Shown: one piece after another, positions 47,485-57,710 of the stretch
Layout: the number at the start of each line of letters is the position of its first letter
Position numbering within the stretch: the first letter of the stretch is position 1
Program-made: the position numbers and the translations under genes
Notes under the pieces: generated by a model
What the model saw: only the letters and a program-made list of their open reading frames with translations
The model's database searches: none
What the model was told of the DNA's origin: nothing
DNA from: an uncultured bacterium
GTDB lineage: Bacteria; Patescibacteriota; Minisyncoccia; Phycocordibacterales; Phycocordibacteraceae
Direction of reading: 5' to 3'
NCBI GenBank assembly: GCA_963851445.1
Contig: CAWKPH010000001.1
Span: 159,943 to 223,942, forward strand
Length of the DNA stretch: 64,000 nucleotides

Positions 47485-48085
47485 GAGAACCTGGTGCGCC
47501 TGGAATTGCTCCGGAGATGATGATTTCCCCTGCCTTTGGATCTATATGAATGACCTGAAGGTTCTTCACGGTAACGCGATCACCGCCCATGCGCCCACCC
47601 ATGCGTAGACCTTTGGCAACGCGACCACCTGCGCGACCGCCGCCACCAATTGATCCTGGTTCGCGCTCTGAGTGCTTTTGACCATGCGAGCGGCGACCGC
47701 CATGGAAACCGTGACGCTTAACGACACCTGCGAATCCGTGGCCCTTACTCGTTCCCACAACCTCAACGCCATCACCAACTGCAAACGTGTCTAGGGTGAT
47801 TTCACTTCCTACGGTGTAGTTTCCAAGATCAGCGCTGTCCTCAAGACGAAATTCCTTGAGGATCTTAAAGGCCTTATCTTTAAGGTGACCACGAACTGCC
47901 TTTGAGAGGCGTTCTGGCTTTTGCTCGTCAAATCCTACCTGCACCGCAGCGTATCCGTCAGTATCAACGGACTTTACCTGAGTCACGGTAACAGGACCCG
48001 TTTTGAGGACGGTTCCAGCTTTGACGCGACCGTCCTCTTGGAAAATCTGCGTCATGCGGCCTTTGCGGGCGAGAATGAATTTCAT
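47462..48085 (-). CDS. rplC: 50S ribosomal protein L3
   Basis: MKFILARKGRMTQIF... Confidence 0.9.
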   Translation of the reverse strand: MKFILARKGRMTQIFQEDGRVKAGTVLKTGPVTVTQVKSVDTDGYAAVQVGFDEQKPERLSKAVRGHLKDKAFKILKEFRLEDSADLGNYTVGSEITLDTFAVGDGVEVVGTSKGHGFAGVVKRHGFHGGRRSHGQKHSEREPGSIGGGGRAGGRVAKGLRMGGRMGGDRVTVKNLQVIHIDPKAGEIIISGAIPGAPGSLVEIVAK

Positions 48086-48299
48086 AAAAAGTAAAATGCG
48101 CTCAATGGCGCAAGATTTCAGTAGAAATCCTTACCATTGGTCCGGCCGTCAGCCGTACGTAGCGTTTCAGGTACTCTACACTAGTCTTTTAAAGGACGCA
48201 ACGATGAGTCCGACGTTAGCTTAATTTGTATAAAATAGTTCGGCCCTCGCCCAGCCGAAGCTGAGCGAGGAACCGTGTTGATGTTAGCCCATTTAAGGG

Positions 48300-48560
48300 C
48301 AACGATCGCCGCTGGTCAGGTGATGACGACGTCCGCCGCCGCGCCGCTGACCGAGCCGACGGCGCGCATGGCGCCGACCTCCTGGTGATCCGCGACGGTG
48401 AGATGGCCCTTGGCGGCGGCGATGTTCAGGATTTGCCGGGAATGCGGCGACGGGTGAAACCCGTGCCGGGCTGGGTTTTGGTGCATTATCATCCTCCAGA
48501 GGAATGGTCGCCAGCGGGTTGCCGACGACCTTCGTAGTCTATACCCACTTTTTTCCAAAT
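48300..48560. other. 260-bp GC-rich (about 68%) segment without an intact ORF; probable foreign or degraded coding fragment
   Basis: Sharp GC step relative to about 50% flanks. Protein-like fragments appear in two frames (...GADLLVIRDGEMALGGGDVQDLPG... plus strand, ...ILNIAAAKGHLTVADHQEVGAMRAVG... minus strand) but no start-to-stop gene. Confidence 0.4.
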
Positions 48561-49084
48561 CAAGAAGTTATGCACTGTTAGATAAATGGATTCCAACCTA
48601 ATAACAGGTTGTAGATTTTGACTTGAGAATGGGTGCTAAGCTATGAATAGGTCACGCATTGGCTGACCTTGTAATGGAGAGATTGCCATGATGAAGTTTT
48701 TTACCCTTCGGGGAAAGACCGCAGCCTTGGAGACACATTTCATCGAGGGGAGGTGATCCTTCATATCTCGTAAGCCGCACCGGCGCACTTACGCACCCGC
48801 AGGCCCGATGCATCCGCGTCGGGCCTAATGATTTTCATGCTATATTCCTTAAGTCAGCACAGGTCTGACAGAAAGGAATTGTTCCCATGATCGATGGCAT
48901 CACCCGTGAAGCCCCGTGGCCTACGGACGGCCTATGGTCACCGGATGGCGGCTCGGAGATCTGAAGTCTAGGGACCCAGACTCAATTTTCAAGAGCTACC
49001 CATGGCGCTCCAGACTATCGGAACGCCATTTTAATTTAGTGGATGTATTTATTTAAATGAATGACCCTGAGCACGAAGCCTGGG

Positions 49085-49411
49085 TCATTTAGTCCTGAGG
49101 GAACTTGTTTGCAAAGCGTAATGCCTGAGCCCAAGAGACTTTGCTCGCTCTCCTGGAAGCGGTTTTTTAGCAAACCGACCGCCTGTGTGACCATTCGGTT
49201 CACGCCAAACTTCACGCCATTTTCCTGTTCGCTTATCTACCCAACCGTGGCGCCACTTAGCCATGTGTTTACTGATCTTGAGAGGTGTATTGTCCTCTTC
49301 ATAAACATAGCCAGCAAAGAGAGCTCGTTGGGCATTGTGAACTCTATCGACCTCTTCTCTGGCTCCTGGTGGTAGACGCCAACCAGGAGGCTTAGAACCC
49401 GGTGGTCGCAT
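49085..49411 (-). CDS. Orphan small basic protein with a perfect Shine-Dalgarno sequence; weak resemblance to tyrosine-recombinase N-terminal arm-binding domains
   Basis: ATG at 49409-49411, preceded 5 nt upstream by GAGGAGGAG. 108 aa. KRTGKWREVWREPNGHTGGRFAKK segment resembles integrase N-terminal [K/R]RG..W.V.W..P.G motifs. Identification is low-confidence. Confidence 0.45.
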   Translation of the reverse strand: MRPPGSKPPGWRLPPGAREEVDRVHNAQRALFAGYVYEEDNTPLKISKHMAKWRHGWVDKRTGKWREVWREPNGHTGGRFAKKPLPGERAKSLGLRHYALQTSSLRTK

Positions 49412-49465
49412 ATCACTCCTCCTCAAAAGATCAGAGTTTCAGAATACTCTTCAGAGAGAACAAAA

Positions 49466-49495
49466 GCAAAACCGCTCGTGCACGAGCGGTTTTGC
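49466..49495. terminator. Bidirectional terminator (perfect 15-bp palindrome) after rpsJ
   Basis: GCAAAACCGCTCGTG|CACGAGCGGTTTTGC with A-tract and T-tract flanks. Confidence 0.6.
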
Positions 49496-49517
49496 TTTTG
49501 TTGATTTATTCTTCGAG

Positions 49518-49929
49518 CTACACCATCTTCACATCAATCGTAACGCCTGAAGGAAGATTGAGATTCGTGAGAGCCTCAATAACCTTTGCGTGATGGCGAA
49601 AGAATGTCGATGAGACGCTTGTGGATGCGCATTTCGAACTGTTCGCGTGAGTCCTTGTGGATGAATGTCGAACGGTTCACGGTCCAGCGCTTTATCTCAG
49701 TTGGAAGCGGAACGGGACCGACAATTTTCGCATCGAAGCGATTAGCGGTATCCATGATCTGCTTCACCGAGAGATCAAGAATCTTGTGCTCATAGGCGCG
49801 TACGCGAATGCGAAGCTTTGGTTCTGCGCAGGCTCAGCTTCTTTTTTCGAAGCTCTTTTGGCAGGCGTTTAGCGGCTGCTTTTTTACCGCAGCTTTCGCT
49901 ACAGTCTTTTTTGCGGTTGAGTTTGCCAT
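49518..49929 (-). pseudogene. rpsJ: 30S ribosomal protein S10, interrupted by at least three 1-nt indels
   Basis: Lys/Ala-rich N-extension from ATG 49927-49929 (MANSTAKKTVAKAAVKKQPLN...). Core ...AQNQ(K)[39 protein letters not shown]...[11 protein letters not shown] is recovered only by switching frames at an A-run (ccaaag). C-terminal [23 protein letters not shown] is in yet another frame. Confidence 0.75.
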
Positions 49930-49965
49930 ATACGATTCAAAGATCCAGTTTCAGTTACAAATTGA

Positions 49966-51170
49966 TTATGCGACGATCTTGGTTACAACACCAGCACCGA
50001 CGGTCTTGCCGCCTTCACGAACTGCGAAGCGAGTGTTGTCCTCAAGTGCGATAGGAGCAATGAGCTTTACCTTGAAGGTAACAGTGTCGCCTGGCATAAC
50101 CATTTCCTTTCCTTCAGGAAGAGTAACTTCGCCGGTCACGTCCGTCGTGCGGATGTAGAACTGAGGCTTGTACCCAGAGAAGAATGGAGTGTGACGACCG
50201 CCTTCGTCCTTAGTGAGAATGTATACTTCAGCTTCGAATTCAGTGTGAGGAGTCACTGAACCAGTCTTTGCAAGAACCTGACCGCGGTGTACATCTTCTT
50301 TCTTCGTACCGCGGAGAAGGATACCAGCGTTGTCGCCAGCCTGACCTTCCTGGAGCTGCTTGTTGAACATTTCGATACCAGTAACAGTCGTCTTTGCGGT
50401 TGGCTGAATACCGACGATTTCGACTTCTTCACCAACCTTGACGATACCGCGCTCGATACGGCCGGTGACAACCGTTCCGCGACCTTCAATAGAGAAGATG
50501 TCTTCGATAGGCATAAGGAATGGCTTGTCGAGTCTCGCGCTCTGGGTTGGGAAGTAGGTGTCCATTGTGTCAACGAGTTCCTTAACCTTTAGAGCCCAAG
50601 GATCGTCAGCTGAAGTTAGCTTCAAGAGCCTTAAGACCTGAGCCGCGGATAACTGGCGTAGCTGCGCCATCAAAGCCCTGCTTGGTGAGAAGTTCACGGA
50701 TTTCCTCTTCAACGAGGTCGACCATGTCCTGGTCATCAACCATGTCTACCTTGTTAAGGAAGACGATGAGTCTTAGGCACACCAACTTGCTTTGCAAGAA
50801 GGATGTGCTCACGAGTCTGAGGCATCGCGCCGTCAGTCGCAGCAACCACGAGCACTGCGCCGTCCATCTGAGCGGCACCAGTAATCATGTTCTTGATGTA
50901 GTCGGCGTGGCCTGGAGCATCAATGTGCGCGTAGTGACGATTCGGCGTCTCGTACTCCGAGTGGTGGAGGGCGATAGTAATACCACGAGCCTTTTCTTCA
51001 GGCGCGTTGTCGATATTATCGACCTTCTCGGCGCGGGCCTTGTAGCCAGCATCCTTGTTGAGATTGAGGACGTTGAGGATAGCAGCGGTGAGCGTGGTCT
51101 TGCCATGGTCAACGTGACCGATGGTGCCTACGTTCATGTGCGGCTTGCTGCGATCGAATGCTTCTGCCAT
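49966..51170 (-). pseudogene. tuf: Elongation factor Tu, split over three reading frames (at least two frameshifts)
   Basis: G-domain [27 protein letters not shown] (50754-51170). Middle ...[27 protein letters not shown]... in a second frame (50606-50878). Domains II-III ...[27 protein letters not shown]... in a third (49966-50739). Confidence 0.85.
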
Positions 51171-51336
51171 ACGTTTGTAAAGTTACAATAAAAGTTACTA
51201 ATTCGGAGTATTTCCCCGCGAGACGCTATCTCCTACCCCTGTATTGCTACAGATAGCAAAGAAACGCCGTGACACGCGTTGTAGTAAAAATACACGGCCG
51301 TTCGCCAAAGGTCAAGCATTTTGTTGCTCCAACGGG

Positions 51337-52740
51337 CTAAGGATGAGTGTGACCTCCCCCCGCTTGTTGAGCACCACCTCTGGCAGAGGCTCTCTTGGGA
51401 GCAGTTGTGCCTCCTCCACCTCCCTTGAATACCGGTTTACCACCGTTGAATATTGAAAGAAGGTCATTTGCTATTGATTTGCCACCTTCCCAGTTATTTC
51501 TCGAAAGCGCTCTAAAAAGTTCCCACGCCATAAAATCCAGAAAACCAACCCCAAGGAAATTGACGGCCGTCATTGAAAAACCAGCACTTACTCCATAGAA
51601 TTGCGCCGCTGATGTCACTACTGGTGCCACCCCTAACACTTGCTCAAGACCGGCGAGTCCTATGAGCGTCAACCCCACGCCACCTATCGCTAAGCCCCCG
51701 ACACCAAGGTTTCCAGCTATCCTTTGTCCTAAGGTTTTTTCTTTACGCTCCTTGCCACTTTTCTTTGCTTTCTCTTTTGAGTCACCCCCGGTAGTTTCTT
51801 TTTTCACTGCATTTTCTTCTTCCTTATTTTTCTCAGCATTTTTTTCAGCTTCCTTAGACTCGTTCCCATTCTTAACTTTCTCAAGATTTGCGTGTAGCTC
51901 CGCATAGCGTGCCGCTATTTCGGGCTTCATCTGCTCGGAGTGAATTTCATTGACTCGCACACTACGCAGAGCTTCTTGACGACTCATTTCTTCTTTAAGT
52001 GTCTCGTGCTTGTCCTTATAGGCAGCAGCTTTCTCTGGATGGGTTTTCGCGAAGGCGCCCCATTGCTCTTCCTGAACCTTCACGCGTTCCTCGTTACTTT
52101 TCGCTTCCCCTGCAAGTCGGACGTCGCGTTCTATGACTCCCTTAAGCACAGGATCTTTATCAGGATTGCTACGTATGCGCGTTCGCTCGGGGTCAGGAGG
52201 TACGAGGCCTCTGGCTTTCATTGTGTTCCACTCCTCCGCAGGGCCCTTTTTCTTTTCCTCTCTTCCAACTGGATAATTATTACGAACACGCGGGGGACTC
52301 CATGAACCGATGAGCTGTGGCTCGCCCCTGAGATCTTCAAGGTGCATCACCTTCTCTTCTGGTTTCTTCGCTTCTTCTACTACAGGCGGTGTAACGACCT
52401 CGGCATGTAAATTTTTAGCTATTGCTGAACTCTTTGCTCGTTGTGCTGCCATACTGTCTTTCATTTCCTGATACATATTTTCATACGCATGGGCTTTTTC
52501 AGGGTACGCTTTTATAAAAGCATCTGTCTGCGTCTTTATTTGCGCATCAGTTGCAAACGCGAAAGAATTTATCACCGCTCGTATGATCGGATCGTCTTCG
52601 GCATAGTAGGGGTGATCCATGTACGTCTTCGTTCTTTCAGGATCTCTTTCAATTCCATACTCATCTCTTTTTTTTCTATTCCAATCTTCTGCTGGAGTGG
52701 GCGATACTGATTCGATTATGCGTGGAGGTTTCTCTGACAT
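51337..52740 (-). CDS. Repeat-containing Lys/Glu-rich protein with C-terminal Gly-zipper membrane segment, inserted between tuf and fusA
   Basis: 467 aa. Two ~110-aa internal repeats (..AEDWNRKKRDEYGIERDPERTKTYMDHP..YPEKAHAYENMYQEMKD.. and ..AEEWNTMKARGLVPPDPERTRIRSNP..HPEKAAAYKDKHETLKEEM..). KE-rich linker. GNLGVGGLAIGGVGLTLIGLAGL hydrophobic Gly-rich C-terminal region. Confidence 0.55.
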   Translation of the reverse strand: MSEKPPRIIESVSPTPAEDWNRKKRDEYGIERDPERTKTYMDHPYYAEDDPIIRAVINSFAFATDAQIKTQTDAFIKAYPEKAHAYENMYQEMKDSMAAQRAKSSAIAKNLHAEVVTPPVVEEAKKPEEKVMHLEDLRGEPQLIGSWSPPRVRNNYPVGREEKKKGPAEEWNTMKARGLVPPDPERTRIRSNPDKDPVLKGVIERDVRLAGEAKSNEERVKVQEEQWGAFAKTHPEKAAAYKDKHETLKEEMSRQEALRSVRVNEIHSEQMKPEIAARYAELHANLEKVKNGNESKEAEKNAEKNKEEENAVKKETTGGDSKEKAKKSGKERKEKTLGQRIAGNLGVGGLAIGGVGLTLIGLAGLEQVLGVAPVVTSAAQFYGVSAGFSMTAVNFLGVGFLDFMAWELFRALSRNNWEGGKSIANDLLSIFNGGKPVFKGGGGGTTAPKRASARGGAQQAGGGHTHP

Positions 52741-52815
52741 ACCTCAAGCATACCAGTCAGGATATAGATAGAAAGAAACCCTGGGGAGATTCCAGGGTTT
52801 CTTTCTGAATTTTTG

Positions 52816-53022
52816 TTAGCCCTCACTTTGACCGCGGTCAAAGTACTCATCGGTCCTGGAGGCTAGTTCGTTCAGCTGGTTCGCCACCTGCCGAAGTATT
52901 CCTGAAGTTACATTTGGCCCTTCAAGAGCTTTGAGGATTCCGACCATTTCGGTTCTAGCCATTTGATCTAGATGGCTTTGGCCTTCCAGACCTGAACTCG
53001 CTCTTCGAGCTTCCATTCCCAT
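52816..53022 (-). CDS. Small helical hypothetical protein
   Basis: 68-aa ORF between the fusA terminator and the 467-aa gene. Confidence 0.3.
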   Translation of the reverse strand: MGMEARRASSGLEGQSHLDQMARTEMVGILKALEGPNVTSGILRQVANQLNELASRTDEYFDRGQSEG

Positions 53023-53062
53023 AGGTACGTAAACTTATTTGTAAGCTCACATAGTATATACC

Positions 53063-53090
53063 AAAAGCGCGCCCTCTAGGGCGCGCTTTT
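53063..53090 (-). terminator. Rho-independent terminator after fusA
   Basis: AAAAGCGCGCC-CTCTA-GGGCGCGCTTTT. Confidence 0.55.
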
Positions 53091-53110
53091 ATATGCTGGT
53101 TAAATTTGGC

Positions 53111-55272
<2,162 letters not shown>

Positions 55273-55344
55273 AGATAGGTGAAAAATAAAACGCCCGGAG
55301 GCATTAGCTCTAGAGTACTGAAATTAAAGTTAAAAAGCAAATGC

Positions 55345-55370
55345 AAAAACGCGCCTCTGGGGCGCGTTTT
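55345..55370 (-). terminator. Terminator-like palindrome (variant of the 53063 element)
   Basis: AAAAACGCGCC-TCTG-GGGCGCGTTTT, downstream of the small membrane protein gene and upstream of fusA. Confidence 0.5.
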
Positions 55371-55390
55371 CTTTTCACCTGTTTCTTTTA

Positions 55391-55648
55391 TTACTGAGCG
55401 GTTGTTGGCATCGCGCTTCCTGTTGACGGGGTCTGTTGCGAAGCTGCCTGTTGAAGTTCCTGTTGAAGTTGCTGATCATTTGCAACAGAGTTTGACGGAT
55501 GCAAGGCTTCAACAATTCCTACGCCGAGTGTGAGTACTATGTAGAGCGCTACTGATGCACCGAGTAAGAAAATACCGAGTCCAACGGGCGACTTCCAACT
55601 TGCCCATGAGACCATTCCCCCCTTACCGCCCTTTTTGATTTCATCCAT
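55391..55648 (-). CDS. Small membrane protein inserted between rpsG and fusA
   Basis: 85 aa. One TM helix (LGIFLLGASVALYIVLTLGVGIV) and Gln-rich C-terminus. Confidence 0.45.
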   Translation of the reverse strand: MDEIKKGGKGGMVSWASWKSPVGLGIFLLGASVALYIVLTLGVGIVEALHPSNSVANDQQLQQELQQAASQQTPSTGSAMPTTAQ

Positions 55649-55700
55649 AAATTTCTATGAACCAATAATATTCGCCTAGTATAGCGAACCTTCTACCGAA

Positions 55701-56165
55701 TTACCACGCGAAGTGTGCGAATGCCTTGTTGGAATCAGCCATGCGGTGCATGTCGTCCTTCTTTTTGATGGCGTCGCCTTCGTTTTTGACGGCAAGGAGA
55801 ATTTCGTTAGCAAGCTTCTCAGCCATTGGCTTACCCTTCTTGTTACGAGCTGCATTAATGAGCCAGCGGTATGCAAGAGAAACGCGACGCTGCTGGGGAA
55901 CTTCTCGGGGAACCTGGTAGTTAGCACCACCTACGCGGCGTGAGCGCACTTCCATTAAAGGAGAGACGTTGCGGATTGCAGTCTCAAAGGTTTCGAGTGG
56001 ATCAAGGTCTGCCTTCTTGATGATCTCAAGTGCATCGTAGACGACGGTGCGAGCAACATCCTTCTTTCCATCCCACATAACAGTATTTATAAAACGAGAG
56101 ATAGCCTCTGATTGATAGACGAGGTCAGGACGGCGAACAGGTTTGTTTTTGATTGGACGACGCAT
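55701..56165 (-). CDS. rpsG: 30S ribosomal protein S7
   Basis: MRRPIKNKPVRRPDLVYQSE... Confidence 0.9.
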   Translation of the reverse strand: MRRPIKNKPVRRPDLVYQSEAISRFINTVMWDGKKDVARTVVYDALEIIKKADLDPLETFETAIRNVSPLMEVRSRRVGGANYQVPREVPQQRRVSLAYRWLINAARNKKGKPMAEKLANEILLAVKNEGDAIKKKDDMHRMADSNKAFAHFAW

Positions 56166-56170
56166 GGGGT

Positions 56171-56578
56171 TTATTTAGGTTTCTTGGCTCCGTACTTCGA
56201 GCGGCCACGGCGACGCTTGTCGATACCTGCGGTATCGAGGCGACCACGAACGATTGTGTACTGAACACCAATGTCCTTCACACGACCACCGCGAAGCATA
56301 ACAACGGAGTGTTCCTGAAGGTTGTGTCCTTCTCCAGGGATATAGGCAGTTACTTCCATGCCATTGGTTAGACGAACCCTCGCTATCTTACGAATAGCGG
56401 AGTTTGGTTTGCGGGGAGTCTTAGTGGTTACTTTCGTGCAGACGCCACGCTTAAAAGGAGCGGGGTAGAAGGTTGGACGATTCTTGAGGGCATTGAAACC
56501 ACGCCCAAGAGCCACGACCTTGCTTTTGCGTGAATTACTCTTGCGACTCTTCTTTGAAAGTTGGTTTATGGTGGCCAT
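56171..56578 (-). CDS. rpsL: 30S ribosomal protein S12
   Basis: ...[37 protein letters not shown]... Confidence 0.9.
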   Translation of the reverse strand: MATINQLSKKSRKSNSRKSKVVALGRGFNALKNRPTFYPAPFKRGVCTKVTTKTPRKPNSAIRKIARVRLTNGMEVTAYIPGEGHNLQEHSVVMLRGGRVKDIGVQYTIVRGRLDTAGIDKRRRGRSKYGAKKPK

Positions 56579-56672
56579 TTGAATAGAAAACTCCCCGCTC
56601 GGGAGCTAAAGACAATATATAGGAATGGGTAGGTAAATGCAAACAAAGAGCATCTCTACGATAAGAATCCCA

Positions 56673-57119
56673 TTAGGGGTTACAATCACTATAAATTGTT
56701 CGCGCAAGCCAGTTCTCAACGACTTTCTTGCTCGAAATAAACATTGGTTCTGGTAGAGAGGTTGGATCAATCCACTGCCAATTGCGAGATTTCTCCGGTT
56801 CTGCATCGCGGGGTTCCCCTGATTTCCACTTCGCGAGCATGCTGATGTTGGCGTAATGCTTTCCATAGTCGCGCTCGTTGGAGACGGAGACGAGTCCCTC
56901 AATTTCTATGTCTGTGATACCTGTTTCTTCTGCGACTTCGCGCATTGCGGTTTCTTCAAACGTCTCACCAAATTCAAGATGGCCTCCCGGAATCTGCCAG
57001 GTGTTTGCGCCGTGACTAGCAATTCTCTCTCCCATAAGTATCTTCCCATCCTTCACAACAATTACTCCGACTCCTACTTTCGGACGTTCCTTATCCATAC
57101 CTACTGAGCTCGTTTCCAT
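56673..57119 (-). CDS. NUDIX hydrolase (MutT-like)
   Basis: GGHLEFGETFEETAMREVAEETG Nudix box. Alternative start at Met8 (57098). Confidence 0.8.
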   Translation of the reverse strand: METSSVGMDKERPKVGVGVIVVKDGKILMGERIASHGANTWQIPGGHLEFGETFEETAMREVAEETGITDIEIEGLVSVSNERDYGKHYANISMLAKWKSGEPRDAEPEKSRNWQWIDPTSLPEPMFISSKKVVENWLARTIYSDCNP

Positions 57120-57595
57120 TCGGACTTATCACCGCGACGCCTGGCGTCTGCCATCGCAATTTCATCAAAGATGCCGTCGATAAGATCGTATCCTTTCGCT
57201 TCTTCAAGTGATACCCAAGCAAATTGATCGGTCTCGCTCTCTTGAAGAGTCACTTCTCCCGACTCGTAGTCGGCCATGCAGGAGATGACGAGCGAAGGAC
57301 TACCATCAGCGTGAATGGTCGCAAGACTTGTAACGTATTCGATATTCGTGATTGCAAGTCCCACCTCTTCTTCTACTTCGCGACGCAAAACTTTCTCGAG
57401 AACGTTATACCAGTACTCAACACTATCTTTGGGGAGTGAAATATAATCGGATGTCTCAAGGTGACCGCCAGGCACTGTCCATTTTCCGGGGAAACGCTTT
57501 TTCGAGAGTGTTCGCCTTGTAATAAGGTATTTATCGTCTTTGACGATAATTGCCGTAATAATTACTTCGTGGAGAAGCTGTGGGCTTTGTTCCAT
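57101..57595 (-). CDS. NUDIX hydrolase
   Basis: GGHLETSDY...VLRREVEEEVGL Nudix box. 164 aa. Confidence 0.8.
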   Translation of the reverse strand: MEQSPQLLHEVIITAIIVKDDKYLITRRTLSKKRFPGKWTVPGGHLETSDYISLPKDSVEYWYNVLEKVLRREVEEEVGLAITNIEYVTSLATIHADGSPSLVISCMADYESGEVTLQESETDQFAWVSLEEAKGYDLIDGIFDEIAMADARRRGDKSEWKRAQ

Positions 57596-57710
57596 AGTTA
57601 TGGTAAGTATAGCGCTGTTTTGACGTCTTCTCTCGTATAGGAATAAGGGCTCATTGTTTCTTCATCCTGGGTATGAGAAATATTCTAATTACAGAGTATA
57701 GTAAGTATAT

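Noticed and set aside
49800-49830. In-frame TGA inside the rpsJ N-terminal region as evidence for a TGA-sense genetic code (code 25 or code 4)
   Set aside because: tuf and fusA pieces are in genuinely different frames (overlapping coordinates), so the breaks are indels, not stop reassignment. Most intact genes in the window end on ordinary stops, including TGA.
51940-52710. Plus-strand ORFs inside the 467-aa gene
   Set aside because: Arise from the AAG/GAA-rich antisense composition. No start or RBS support.
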